Source: Octopus vulgaris (Eukaryota). From it: DNA of 64,000 nt. Location: contig OX597833.1 in NCBI GenBank assembly GCA_951406725.2, positions 16,182,001 through 16,246,000 of the forward strand, in the 5' to 3' direction. The notes beneath the pieces are model-generated. The model made no database searches and was not told the DNA's origin. It was given only the letters and a program-made list of their open reading frames with translations. The position numbers were made by a program, and so were the translations under genes. The stretch's first letter is position 1. Every line of letters begins with the position of its first letter. Of the stretch, positions 14,000 through 26,955 are shown in pieces.

Positions 14000-14715
14000 A
14001 ACATAAAGCTGAAGATCAGTGAAAAAGATAATACCTACGCTGAACTATTAAGAAATCTGCAGTTACGCTATCCAGATTACAAGTTCAGGTTTATACCTGT
14101 AATTATTGTGGCTCTGAGATATGTAACACACTGCCTAAATACCAGCCTCGATAAATTAAGCTTCTCAAAATCACAAAGGATAAAGCTAATTCGAAGACTA
14201 CTGATCTAATCCATCACTGGAACTGTAAAACTCTGTAAAGCTTTCCAGAAGTTTATCATTTAAATATATATATGAACATGTCTAGATATGCAACTCTATG
14301 CATGAGAATACATACATAAGACAAAATATACAAATCTGCACATATATATTTCTTTATTGCCCACAAGGGGCTAAACATAGAGGGGGCAAACAAGGACGGA
14401 CAAGCGGATTAAGTCGATTACATCGACCCCAGTGCGAAACTGGTACTTTATTTACCGACCCCGAAAGGATGAAAGGCAAAGTCGACCTCGGTGGAATTTG
14501 AACTCAGAACGTAGCGGCAGACGAAATACTGCTAAGCATTTCGTCCTGCGCGCTAACGTGTCTGCCAGCTCGCCGCCTTAAATCTGCACATATACATACA
14601 TACAAAAATACCTTGGTGTTTATGTTGAAATTCCAATGAAGGAGCCTTGGATCTAGTTTAGAAACCGGTCCTTTCTCTATTGGCAAGAAATATTGAAATA
14701 AAACTAAATAATGAC
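14000..14715 (+). mobile_element. 3' fragment of a second REL-type non-LTR retrotransposon, interrupted by a SINE
   Basis: Translation IKLKISEKDNTYAELLRNLQLRYPDYKFRFIPVIIVAL...SITGTVKLCKAF with internal stop; 3' UTR ends in (CATA)n. Confidence 0.65.
14347..14579 (-). mobile_element. Nin-domain SINE (family 2), full length with 15 bp TSD
   Basis: TSD aaatctgcacatata at 14332-14346 and 14580-14594. Confidence 0.88.
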
Positions 14716-14793
14716 ATACATACATACATACATGCATACATACATACATACATACATACATACATACATACATACATACATACATACATACAT

Positions 14794-14961
14794 AGGCGCA
14801 GGAGTGGCTGTATGGTAAGTAGCTTGTTTACCAACCACATGGTTCCGGGTTCAGTCCCACTGCGTGGCACCTTGGGCAAGTGTCTTCTACTATAGCCTCG
14901 GGCCGACCAAAGCCTTGTGAGTGGATTTGGTAGACAGAAACTGAAAAAGAAGCCCGTCGTA

Positions 14962-15048
<87 letters not shown>

Positions 15049-15250
15049 CTGTGTTTGTCCCACTAGCATTGCTTGACAACCGATGCTGGTGTGTTTATGT
15101 CCCCGTTACTTAGCAGTTCGGTAAAAGAGACCGATAGAATAAGTGCTGGGCTTACAAAAGAATATGTCCCGGGGTCGAGTTGCTCGATTAAAGGCGGTGC
15201 TCCTGCATGGCCGCAGTCAAATGACTGAAACAAGTAAAAGAGTAAAAGAG
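14794..15250 (+). mobile_element. SINE family 1, full copy
   Basis: Near identity to 3307-3770. Confidence 0.88.
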
Positions 15251-17059
15251 AGAGAGAGAGATGCATACGTACATACATACATACATACATACATACATAC
15301 ATACATACATACATACATACATGCACATATGTCTCTGTAGACATGTTTCAAGAAAATTGTCGGAGTGGAAATGGCTGACACTAGTTGCCACTGGGAATTA
15401 ATATATGACTGTTCAATTTATATTTGATAATGAAACGCAAATCTTAAACCTACTTCAATTCTGACGCGCGCAACGCCAAAAGGCACTAAATCTTTTTTAT
15501 GCTGTTATTAAATTCTAATAAGCAACCTACTTGATGCTGAAAGTGTAAGAATAAAGTGATGATTGTGGTATATCTTTCACTCTAAGCTTATCTATTTATC
15601 TTTTGCTTTGTCTTCATCTTTCTTTTTTTTTATTTCTCTTATTTATTTTTCTTTCTATCTTAAAGTGATTGTGTACGGTTTTATACGAAATAAATTGAAG
15701 AACTGGTAATATTAGCATTCTTTGTGACAGGGCCCTTTGTTGCTTGAATTATTTTCTTTTCACGGTACACTGAATTATTGTTTAAAACATTTTATTGATT
15801 GGCTTGTCTTTTCCTAATTAGTCTCTTTGAATTCAAATGTTTAATATTGTTTTCTCTCATTTGCTCCAACCTGACCTTAAAATACTCTCCAAGGCTTTCT
15901 TTCGACAGCTACAACAACCATTTTTCCCAGAGAGGAATTCTGCTCAAACTGTTAAATGTCTCCCATGTTCTCGAAAATACCAAATGTTTCTATTTCTTTT
16001 GCTTTATTCATTTGAGGCGTTTTTATTTGTTTTGTTTTGCTTTTTTCGTTTTCTTTTTTCTTTTCTTTTTTTTCTTTTCCAAACCATGTTTGTGTTAGTT
16101 GATCTTCGGAGATAAATCTTTGTTTGTAGAATATCTTCTGATCTCTGTATGAATGTTTATCCTGACAGTTCTTTCATGATATTTGTTGGAGATTGATATG
16201 GAAATAATGAAAATAGCAGGATTCACAAACCAAACGCAATGAAGAGGAAACAAAAAACATTTGGTAAAGAATTGATATGATGCTCTCGCCTAGTACGTTA
16301 TGAAAGAAAGTCAAATGGGGTGGAATATCTATCGAGGCATCAAGTAGTAAGTTACTTCCATTTACATATTCCTAGATACGCTATACATAAAAGAATAGGA
16401 AACTGTATTAGAAATAGTCTGAAAAAATAAGATAAAATCTAGATTTCAAATCTTATTTACATTTGTGTTATGGAAAGTGTTAAAAACGGTTTGAGAATAT
16501 GTAGTGAATAAATACTACGCGTAGTATTATATAGAAAATAAAAGATTCTAAGTTATACAAAATGGATATGTACGAATATATTATGAATGCTGTATTTACC
16601 AGAGTATAAATTTATCGATAAAAGATAAAAATACTGGCTTGATTGTGAAGGAGAGAAAATCGGACTTCCTGTCATGAGATTGAATAGCACCATAAAAGAA
16701 CAGGAAAATATGAAAAAGATTGATCCCCGTTTCACTATTTACATTGAAATATATTTCATAGTTTGTTAGTTCTGCTTAGTGGGGTAGAAAGGACTCCTTA
16801 GCCGTAGTGAAGGCAATCTATCTAGGGAGATAACCTTACAATAAATCACTCGGTCCGTAGCTTAGAAATATTGGGTTGACGTCCAGCGGGAACAGCTTTG
16901 TTTCATGGAGGAGGAAAGATCTTCTTTAGTACTTGGTTGTACAATGCTTTCCAATATGTGTAGTAGTGGCGCGCGCACACATTATTAGCCATTTGAAAAG
17001 ACTATGGAATTTACAATTAACTGCACCAGGGTCCCTCTTCCCCAGGGAACCAGACCTAA

Positions 17060-17150
17060 TGGTATACCTGCGGATATGATGGACCGTGAAGTCTGGCGTA
17101 GCATGGTAAATTTCATTGTCTCGACCACGGTCGAACAATGATGATGATGA
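17060..17150 (+). mobile_element. RTE-like LINE extreme 3' end
   Basis: Encodes MMDREVWRSMVNFIV (DRxxWR motif of RTE C-termini) followed by a (TGA)n tail. Confidence 0.55.
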
Positions 17151-17514
17151 GTTCTGCTTTGACCCCTTGACTTCGTCAGGCCGATCACCTGGTTTCCTTT
17201 GTGTATAAGTAACCGAGTTCACAACATTCCCCTTGAACGACACACCAGGCCGCCGCAGGGTTGCTCATTTACGGCTGAATGGACTGGTGCAGTATAAAAT
17301 GAATTCTTTTGCTCAGGAACACAACGTAGCGCCCCGGTCCAAAAATTGAAGGCATATACTAATGATCTCTCTTCTCTTCTCTCGTCTTGAGACAGCATTC
17401 ACCCGGGGTGGGTTGAGCTGGCTTCATTCATCCTCAACGCTGCATCTCTCACAAACGCCGACCAGGCCTGGCGATTTGAGGCTAACGACCGCGTGATCTC
17501 CAACCACTCCCTAA

Positions 17515-17836
17515 GTGGAGGCACATCGCCTAGTGGTTAGAGCAGCGGACTCACGGTCGAGGGATCGCGGCTTTGAATCTCAGACCGGGTGATGTATGTG
17601 TTTATGAGCGAAGCACCTAAGCTCCACGCGGCTCCGGCAGAAGGTAATGGCGAACTTCTGCTGACTCTTTCGCCAAAGCTTTCTCTAACTCTTTCCTCCT
17701 GCATCTTGCAGCTCACCTGCGACGGACCGGCGTCCCGTCCAGGTGGGGAACCTATACGCCAAGGAAACCGGGAAACCGGCCCTAATGAGCCAGACGTGGC
17801 TCGAGAAGGAAGGGCGTGGCTCGAGAAGGAAGAAGG
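17515..17836 (+). mobile_element. tRNA-derived SINE family 3 with V-domain-like 3' part, 13 bp TSD
   Basis: Head gtggaggcacatcgcctagtggttagagcagcggactc; ctgcgacggaccggcgtcccgtccagg motif; TSD aaccactccctaa at 17502-17514 and 17837-17849. Confidence 0.8.
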
Positions 17837-18534
17837 AACCACTCCCTAATGATCGTGAGTACAATACATTAACCTCTAGTCCACACGCCTTCATACATAT
17901 ACAAAGCAGCGCCATTGATTATAATTATATTTTTATAATCATATATTTTAAAATTAATTTTATCGATATGGTAGTTTTCTATACGCTAGCCACTGATATA
18001 ATCATTTTAATTATTATATCCTCAATTAATAAGTATAAATAATTTTAAGTTCTCTAGTCATTATAGTATGCTGCGGTACTATATTTACGCCGTATGATTT
18101 CTGACATTAACAACATGGCCGAGATGGGCGATTAGATATAATGTATACGCGGAAAAAGCATGTATATACAGGGTCGATAAATTAACTACCAGTTGCGTAC
18201 TGGGGTCGATCTAATCGACTGCCCCCCACCTCCCTCAAAATTTCGGGCTTTGTGTCTAGAGTAGAAAAGAATATTACAACTCAGGTCCAGTAATGATATT
18301 TCCCAAACAGCTTCTGATTCCACTAGATTCCTTGCCAAAAAGGATTCCAAACATCTTTAAGGAATCCACCTTTTCTCTTCTCCCCCACCATCATGATCGG
18401 TATCTCTCACTCTCTAAAGGACTATACCTGATGTTTGCAAGCATATTTCAATGTATCCTTTGCTCGTTCCCGGGAAAAAGTAATCTGTCCGATCCAAGCA
18501 TCTATCACCTGATCATTCTCAATTCTAACATCGC

Positions 18535-18767
18535 CAAGGTAGAGCTGGCGGAAACGTTAGCACGCCGGGCGAAATACTTAGCAGTATTTCGTCTGCCGCT
18601 ACGTTCTGAGTTCAAATTCCGCCGAGGTCAGCTTTGCCTTTCATCCTTTCAGGGTCGATTAAATAAGTACCAGGTACGCACTGGAGTCGATATAATCGAC
18701 TGAATCCGTTTGTCTGCCCTTGTTTGTCCCTTCTGTGTTTAGCCCCTTGTGGGTTGTAAAGAAATAG
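18535..18767 (+). mobile_element. Nin-domain SINE (family 2)
   Basis: Matches family consensus. Confidence 0.82.
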
Positions 18768-19124
18768 GACTTGTTCACCAAAACCTTGTATTCCTCTCTC
18801 TCTCTCTTTCTCTCTCTCCTTCGCCAGTGACCACTAACAAGGCTTTCATAGAGCCAGTTCCACAGGGGAGCTACACACTTGTTATTCACCAATGGGATCT
18901 CGCTTTTGAAAAGCTCAGTGAAAGCAATGTTGTTGCGAAAGGCATCATCGAAGCACTCGATCGTGACTTCCCGACTGATGCAAAATTGTTGGAAACTACA
19001 GTTTTACCTCTTGAATCAGTAGCTTTTAATCAGATCGCACCATTGACGCATATTTTTACACAGCTCTTTTTCTCCCATTCTCAATCATTACTTACTCTAT
19101 ATCATATATATATATATATATATA

Positions 19125-19375
19125 ACTCCAAGAAAGTTAGGGGTTGTGAATTCAACCCACTAAGGGATAATATCTATCCAATATACTGTTGGTAGAATAC
19201 ACAATTATTAATACACAAGTGTTTTTTATTGCAATGCAATAATATTACCTAGTGTATTAAATGGGTGAAGGTAAAGAGATAGTTTACCATTAATTTATAG
19301 AGCAATAGGAAAATGGAGGAGAACAATAGTTGATTCATCAACTTTAGGACATTAAAAATGTTAACTTATTTATTT
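19125..19375 (+). repeat. Unclassified (TA)n-associated repeat, inverted homologue of 50968-51178
   Basis: Shared taggggttgt..caacccac..gggataa..tatccaatatactg. Confidence 0.6.
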
Positions 19376-19387
19376 ATTATATATATA

Positions 19388-19602
19388 TGCGCTGGAGTGG
19401 CTGTGTGCATAGGCGCAGGAGTGGCTGTGTGCATAAGCGCAGGAGTAGATGTGTGGTAAGTAGCTAGCTTACCAACCACATGGTTACGGGTTCAGTCCTA
19501 CTGCGTGGTACCTTGGGTAAGTGTCTTCTACTATAGCCTCGGCCCGACCAAGGCCTTGTGAGTGGATTTGGTAGACGGAAACTGAAAAAGAAGCCCGTCG
19601 TA

Positions 19603-19648
<46 letters not shown>

Positions 19649-19870
19649 TGTGTGTGTTTGTGTGTCTGTGTTTGTCCCCCTAGCATTGCTTGACAACCGA
19701 TGCTGGTGTGTTTATGTCCCCGTTACTTAGCAGTTCGGCAAAAGAGACCGATAGAATAAGTGCTGGGCTTACAAAAGAATATGTCCCGGGGTCGAGTTGC
19801 TCGACTAAAGGCGGTGCTCCTGCATGGCCGCAGTCAAATGACTGAAACAAGTAAAAGAGTAAAAGAGAGA
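19388..19870 (+). mobile_element. SINE family 1 with triplicated A-box head
   Basis: gcgcaggagtggctgtgtg repeated three times, then full body. Confidence 0.85.
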
Positions 19871-20549
19871 GAGAGAGATACATACATACATACATACATA
19901 CATACATACATACATACATACATACATACATACATACATACATGTCTCTGTAGAGACATACAGTCATATGACTGAAACTATTAAAATAATAAAAGAATAA
20001 AAGAATTCATGAACTGGTTCATTCTTTTAATGGTTCCAATTACTGGACTGTAATCAAGCTGCTGCAAAGAATTCTATGGTATAGCAGATTACATCAACCC
20101 TCTTTCGTTTTTTGTCGAGAGATACTTATCTTATCGACCGAAGAAGAGGAGCAAGTGGCGACTCGAACGCAAGATGTCAGAGAACATAATCTAATAGCAA
20201 AGAATACTTCTTCGCTGCACCACCTATGCTGCCATCAACATACCATATAGTCCGTATTAAATGACATCGAGATAATAGTGGCAGGAGAGAGAAAAAAAAG
20301 CAAATAATTTATTTAAACTCATTCTATAAAAAATATATTTTCGTTTCAGTTCACAAATTGACATGGTGGAAACTCATGCGAGTTTTTTATTCCGGAATAC
20401 AAACAGATCATAGACAGGTTGTTGAAAAATATAGTGATACAATGTGACAGGAGTAACATCTCAATAGACTAAGGGAAAAAAATGAATCTATCGTAATGAT
20501 GTCGTCGGGAAGAATATTAAATATTCTTAACAGCATACATACAAAAACA

Positions 20550-20573
20550 TAGATAGATAGAGAGATAGATAGG

Positions 20574-20642
<69 letters not shown>

Positions 20643-20706
20643 TGATAGGTACGTAGGTAGGTAGGTAGGTAGGTAGGTAGGTAGGTAGGTAGGTAGGAAG
20701 ATAGAG

Positions 20707-20756
<50 letters not shown>

Positions 20757-21200
20757 GTAGGTAGGTAGGTAGGTAGGTAGGTAGGTAGATAGATAGATCG
20801 GTAGATAGATAGGTAGGTAGGTAGGTAGGTAGGTAGGTAGGTATGTATGTATGTATGTATGTAGGTAGGTAGGTAGGTAGGTAGGTAGGTAGGTAGGTAG
20901 GGAGAGAGAGAGATGGACGGACGGACATATTGAGAAACAGACAGGCCGACAGACAGACAGACAGACAGACCGACAGACAGACAGACAGGCAGGCAGGCAG
21001 GCAGACAGGCAGACGGGCGGACGGACGGACGGACGGACGGACGGTCGGACGGACGGACGGACTGACGAACTGACGGACGGGCGGACGTATGGACGGATGG
21101 ATGCATGCATGCAGGCGTACATGGATAAATAGATGGCTAGATAGATAGATTGATAGAGATACCGAGAGACAGACAGACAGACAGACAGGCAGAAACAGGC
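20550..21200. repeat. Compound (GATA)/(GGTA)/(GACA)/(GGAC)n microsatellite
   Basis: Directly visible. Confidence 0.95.
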
Positions 21201-21434
21201 AGAGAGAGAGGGATAGGTGAATGGATTGGGACTCTGTTCATTCGGTCTTTTATGACTAACAAATTTGATTTGGCATTGACGTTGCAAAAATATTGTACGT
21301 AGGCGTGAATTGTGTGCATATATGAATATATACGTGAGTGTACGTACGTGAGTGTACGTACGTGAGTGTTTGTGTGGATGTATGTGTGTAATCATGTCTC
21401 TTTATTGCTTCTACATATCTGTATACATACATGT

Positions 21435-22185
21435 GTGGAGGCGAAGTGGACTCACGGTCGTAGGATCGCGGTTTCAATTCCCAGACTTGGCGTTGCGCTT
21501 GTTTATTGAGCGAAAACACCTAAAGCTCCACGAAGCTCCGGTAGGAGGTAGTAGTGAACCCTGCTGTACTCTTTCACCACAACGTCCCACTGTGTGGCAC
21601 TTTGGGCAAGTGTCTTCTACGATAGCCTGGGGCCAACCAAAAGCTTGTGAATGAATTTGATAGACGGAAACTGAAAGAAGCGTGTCGTATATATATTTCT
21701 TTACTACCCACAAGGGGATAAACAAGGACAGACAAACGGATTAAGTCGATTATATCGACCCCAGTGCGTAACAGGTACTTAATTTATCGACCCCGAAAGG
21801 ATGAAAGGCAAAGTCGACCTCGGCGGAATTTGAACTCAGAACGTAACGGCAGACGAAATACGGCTACGCATTTCGCCCGGCGTGCTAACGTTTCTGCCAG
21901 CTCGCCGCTGTCGTATATATATTTATATATGTGTGTGTGTGCATGCGTGTGCGTGCGTGTGTGTATGTGCGTGCGCCTTTGTGTCTATTTTCGTCTCACC
22001 ACCACTTGACAACCGGTGTTGGTGTGTTTATGTCTCCGTAACTTAGCCGTTCGGTTCAAAGACCGATAGAATAATTACTAGGCTTTTAAATAATCCTGGG
22101 ATTTATTTATTTGACTAAAACCTTTAAGACAGTGCTCCAACATGTCCGCATTGAAATGACTGAGACAGGTATAGAAATAATAAAA
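21435..22185 (+). mobile_element. Nested SINE cluster: family 3 head joined to a family 1 body, with a family 2 copy (21694-21908, minus) inserted in the internal (TA)n
   Basis: Segment-wise similarity to the other copies. Confidence 0.7.
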
Positions 22186-22334
22186 GTTGTAGGGTAAACT
22201 TAAAGGTATGTGGTTTTAGTAAACATGTTTTAAGTCCTGCTGGTTGGAAAAGTACTATGGTTAAATCGCGGGTTGCCAAAAGATCCAAGTTCACTTGAGT
22301 AGTTCCAGCGTATTGTTTTTTCTCTATCGCTTCA

Positions 22335-22669
22335 TCTTCTCTATATATAAACGGCAGTTTGTCTGTCTGTGTGTCTGTGTGTCTGTCAGGTTGTACCCTC
22401 ACCCTGACCACGGCTTTCAACCCATTCTGAGGAAACTTGACACACACATAGCCCAATGTCATAATTCAAAACTAACGCAGCAAAAATTTTGAAAAGTTCC
22501 CCCAGTTCTGAAAAAAATTTATAAATTCCGCCACTTCAAGCAGTCAACGAGCGAAAACATGACCAGACAACATAACCTTAGCATACTTCTGCTAATCGCA
22601 GCTGCAGCCGCAAATCGTTGCCTACTAGGGGTTCTTACATACCCGGGCAACGCTGGGCTATGCTGCTAG
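22335..22669 (+). mobile_element. Non-autonomous Helitron
   Basis: A|TC 5' end (tcttctctatatataa), (TCTG/TG)n near 5' end, subterminal hairpin cccgggcaacgctggg 22642-22657, CTAG|T 3' end, no TSD. Confidence 0.75.
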
Positions 22670-22784
22670 TCAGAAATAAGCTACATATTTTCATGACAAC
22701 TACAGTTAGCTTACAGTTACACAATTTTTATGCAATAAAAGGAGGATGCAAGCGTATCTGTATTGACCCCAGCATCGTAAACAT

Positions 22785-22940
22785 ATGAGAACCCAGGTTC
22801 GAAATTTCCCCAAAACACCTGATGAAGGCTGGAGGGTATATCAGCCGAAACGTTGTGTTAACAACAAACAAGATGAGGAGAAATAACCGTCAATTGTAAA
22901 TAATGTACATAATTCCTCATCTCTTAAATATAGAACTGTA
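22785..22940 (+). mobile_element. Short hammerhead-bearing non-coding element (family A), 3' module
   Basis: Homologous to 25395-25535 and 51545-51673. Confidence 0.75.
22814..22859 (+). ncRNA. Minimal type I hammerhead ribozyme (family A)
   Basis: aacac-CTGATGA-a-ggctgg(agggtata)tcagcc-GAAAC-GTT|gtgtt: stem I aacac/gtgtt, canonical core, palindromic loop-less stem III AACGTT. Confidence 0.8.
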
Positions 22941-23117
22941 TTATATTTTTATTTGTGAGTTAGCTTTATTTTCTATGAAACAGCAGGTGAACAGTTAAGT
23001 CACTATATAGGGCAGAGGCCAAAAATATAATATAGCAGATGGTTTATATTCGATAACGCTGTGCAAAATTCGTTTTGTCCCAAAAAGCTTAATAATAATA
23101 ATAATGATGATGATTTA

Positions 23118-23460
23118 AATTTTTGCCACAAGGGATGCTGGGGGGGGGGGCGATTAAGTCGATTACATCGACCCCAGTTTTTTCACTGGTACTTGATTTA
23201 TTCACCCCCAAAAGGATGAAAGGCAAAGTCGACCTCGGCTGAATTTGAACTCATAACGTAGCGCGCTAACGATTCTCCCAGTTCGCCGCCTTAATAATAA
23301 TAATAATAATCCTTTCTATTATAGGCACAAGGCCTGAAATTTGGGGGAGGGGTATAGTCGATTACATCGACCCCAGTACCCAACTGGTACTTAATTTTAT
23401 CGACCATGAAAGGATGAAAGACGGACAAAGTAACGGAAAGCATTTTTTCCGGCATGCCAA
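23118..23460 (-). mobile_element. Two degraded Nin-domain SINE copies in (AAT)n
   Basis: Similarity to family 2 core. Confidence 0.7.
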
Positions 23461-23667
23461 CTCAAATCATTTTCTTACATCAGAAATACATACGAGTTTG
23501 AACCACGTCGAGATTCATAAAACTCGTATTGCCATTGATTCCAAAACAGTGGGTGGCAAATGTGTCTGGCACTTAATAATAAATAATCAGATCAAAGCAA
23601 AACATATTGACTAATTCCAGCGGCATAAATGTCTGAAAAACTGTCTTTTCCGTAGATTAGTTGTATT

Positions 23668-24080
23668 AGGAGTGGCTGTGTAGTAAGTAGCTTGCTTACC
23701 AACCACATGGTTCTGGGTTCAGTCCCACTGCGTGGAATCTTGGGCAAGTGTCTTCTACTATAGCCCCGGGCCGACCAATGCCTTGTGAGTGGATTTGGTA
23801 GACGGAAACTGAAAGAAGCCTGTCGTATATATGTATTTATATATATGTGTGTGTGTGTGTGTGTTTGTGTGTCTGTGTTTATCTCCCCTAGCATTGCTTG
23901 ACAACCGATGCTGGTGTGTTTACGTCCCCGTCACTTAGCGGTTCGGCAAAAGAGACCGATAGAATAAGTACTGGGCTTACAAAAGAATAAGTCCCGGGGT
24001 CGAGTTGCTCGATTAAAGGCGGTGCTCCAGCATGGCCGCAGTCAAATGACTGAAACAAGTAAAAGAGTAAAAGAGAGAGT
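23668..24080 (+). mobile_element. SINE family 1, full copy
   Basis: Near identity to consensus. Confidence 0.88.
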
Positions 24081-24241
24081 ATAGCAATTAAACCTACATT
24101 AAGCGGCCACGGCTACTTAACGAGTCACTACACACTGCAGTAACTAAAATTATAACATTAGGGAAGGCTTTTCGGTCAATAGTTTAATGCAACAATCAGA
24201 TTGTTCGAAGATTAATAATATTGTATAATAATAATATATAA

Positions 24242-24597
24242 GTGGCACTCCGTCGGTTACGACGACGTGGGTCCCTGTTGATCCGATCACGGGACGGCCG
24301 GCTCGTGAAATTAACGTGCAAGTGGCTGAGCATTCCACAGACACGTGTACCCTTAACGTAGTTCTCGGGGAGATTCAGCTTGATATAGAGTGTGACAAGG
24401 CTGGCCCTTTGAGATACAGGTACAACAGAAACAGGAAGAAACGGGAATAAAGAGTGAGGGAAAGTTGTGGTAAAAGAGTACATCAGGGTTCGCCACCTCC
24501 CCGCTGCCGGAGCCTCGTGGAGCTTTCGGTGTTTTTGCTCAATAAACACTCACAACGTCCGGTATTGGGAATCGAAACCGCGATCCTGCTACCGCGA
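24242..24597 (-). mobile_element. tRNA-derived SINE family 3 (5' clipped)
   Basis: Homologous to 40042-40422. Confidence 0.8.
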
Positions 24598-24834
24598 ATA
24601 ATAATAATATATATATTTATGTTTCCATATACGAAAATTCAAGCCTGCTTTAAGAGATTCTGTGTCTGTAGAACTCTGTGTTTGTGAGTGAGTGTTAACG
24701 TTAATAAACATGAGAACATATACTCTTTATATTATTTACATTATTTACATTTGACGGATATTTGTTCTTATCTTGTTTGTTGTATACACCTTATGTATAT
24801 TTTCTTATATATATGTTCTCATACAGTTCTCCAT

Positions 24835-25270
24835 GGATATTTTCGGTTCGAACGGCAGTTTTTTAAAATAATTTCCACGTAACTAAACACTTTTAAACTT
24901 CGTATACTGGTAGAATGTGTTTATAAAACATCTTTTTCTCTTGGCTTTATTGAGAAAATTCTATAGTTTGTAAGATATTTTTTTGGTATTTTTCTTCAAT
25001 TTCTGCAATTTCAACCAATCACTGACGTCTATTGAGGCAAAAAACATTCTGTGCCGTATGAATATGTCCCTCGTTTAAGAAACAGATTGGGTTTATTTAC
25101 ATTTATGCAGAAAAAAAAAGATACCTTCCCCCCACCCCTAACCCTTACCCTAACTAACCCTAACCCTAAAACAGATTGAAATGCAATAGATCGATACTAG
25201 GGTCATAATTATGGGTGACAATTTCATATGACACCGCTAGAAAAAACTGCCGTTCAAACCGAAAAGATCC
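24835..25270. mobile_element. MITE with ~30 bp TIRs, 9 bp TSD and internal (CCCTAA)n; Merlin/MULE-like
   Basis: TIR ggatattttcggttcgaacggcagtttttt / aaaaaactgccgttcaaaccgaaaagatcc; TSD gttctccat/gttctaaat; superfamily inferred from GG ends and TSD length. Confidence 0.7.
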
Positions 25271-25535
25271 GTTCTAAATTTAAGAGATGAGGAATTATGT
25301 ACATTATTTACATTATTTACAATTGACGGATATTTGTCCTCATCTTGTTTGTTGTTAACACGTTTCGGCTGATATACCCTCCAGTTTTCATCAGCCTTAG
25401 GAATGAGAACCCATGTTCGAAATTTCCCCAAGACACATAATGAAGACTGGAGGGTATATCAGCCGAAACGTTGTGTTAACAACAAACAAGATGAGGACAA
25501 ATATCCGTCAAATGTAAATAATTTAAATAATGCTG
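25271..25535. mobile_element. Family A element as an inverted pair with two degenerate hammerhead motifs (25357-25394 minus; 25432-25477 plus)
   Basis: 25271-25394 is the reverse complement of the family A 3' module that follows; cores CTGATGA (stem I damaged) and ATAATGA (mutated). Confidence 0.75.
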
Positions 25536-25934
25536 TTACCATGTATATGGATTTATTTCTAGCACTTCAAGAACACGTGACGTTGCGATACGTTGTTATG
25601 TTTATTGATCAGTGATAAAATAGTTTACGGTACGAACAAAAATAAGAACAAATTGGTGATAAAACTAAGTAATTTGGTTTGTTTTTGAATGGTGATGAAT
25701 TTTATGAGCTAAAACCAATATGTACCATTACAGGCGATGGCATTAGATATAAAAAGCCGGAATAGATAACTACAAAACGTATCGTCTCACAGGCCGGCAA
25801 TTCCACCAATCAACAGATTTTGCCTTTTATATGTTTTTTATAGATTTTGACATAATGAAAAGAGCCGTTGATATCAGTAGGATTCGAACTTCGAGCGTAG
25901 ACTACTGAAACAAATATTCATTTCAAATGTTGGT

Positions 25935-26955
25935 AAAAGGCCAGCGCTTTCGAGGACAGGGGTTATATCGCTTATACCGACTTCAGTATTCAAATGGTAC
26001 TTGTTTTATTGACCCCGAAAGGATAAAAGGTAAAGACAACCTTGGCGGAATTCGAACTCAGAACATAAAGACAGACGAAATGCCGTTAAGCATTTTGCCC
26101 GGCGTACTAATGATTCTGCCAGCTCGCCACCTTCTACTAAAACCAATATTATTTTCTACTCTAGACACAAGGCCCGAAATTTTGGGGGAGGCGACCAGTC
26201 GATTAGATCGACCCCAGTACGCAATTGGTACTTAATTTATCGATCCCGAAAGGATGAAAGGCAAAGTCGACCTCGGCGGAATTTGAACTCAGAACGTAGT
26301 GGCAGACGAAATACCTATTTCTTTACTACCCACAAGGGGCTAAATACAGAGAGGACAAACAAAGACAGACAAACGGATTAAGTCGATTATATCGACACCA
26401 GTGCTTAACTGGTACTTATTTCTTTATTGCCCACAAGGGGCTAAACATAGAGGGGACAAACAAAGACAGACAAAGGTATTAAGTCGATTACATCGACCCT
26501 ACTGTGTAACTGGTACTTAATTTATCGACGCCGAAAGGATGGAAGGCAAAGTCGGCGGAATTTGAACTCAGAACGTAACGGCAGACGAAATACGGCTACG
26601 CATTTCGCCCGGCGTGCTAACGTTTCTGCCAGCTCTCCGCCTTCTGAGAGTTATTTAATCGACCCCGAAAGGATGAAAGGCAAAGTCGGCCTCGGCGGAA
26701 TTTGAACTCAGAAAGAAGCGGCAGACGAAATACCTATTTCTTTACTACCCATAATGGGCTGCACACAGGGAAGACAAACAAGGAGAGATAAACCGATTAA
26801 GTCGATTAGATCGACCCCAGTGCGTAACGGGTACTTAATCTATCGACCCCGAAAGGATGAAAGGCAAAGTCGACATCGGCGGAATTTGAACTCAGAACGT
26901 AGCGGCAGACGAAATACGGCTAAGCATTTCGCCCGGCATGCTAACGTTTCTGTCA
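25935..26955 (-). mobile_element. Cluster/multimer of Nin-domain SINEs
   Basis: About five repeats of gaaaggatgaaaggcaaagtcgacctcggcggaatttgaactcagaac. Confidence 0.82.

Noticed and set aside
14630-14685. ccaatga...gaaaccggtc resembling a hammerhead
   Set aside because: The core lacks CUGA and stem I; better explained as a LINE 3' UTR hairpin.
18293-19195. 136 aa and 148 aa ORFs as host genes
   Set aside because: They run through SINE and microsatellite sequence and have no recognisable domain.
25134-25168. Telomere or chromosome fusion site
   Set aside because: Only a few degenerate units, located inside a TIR element.
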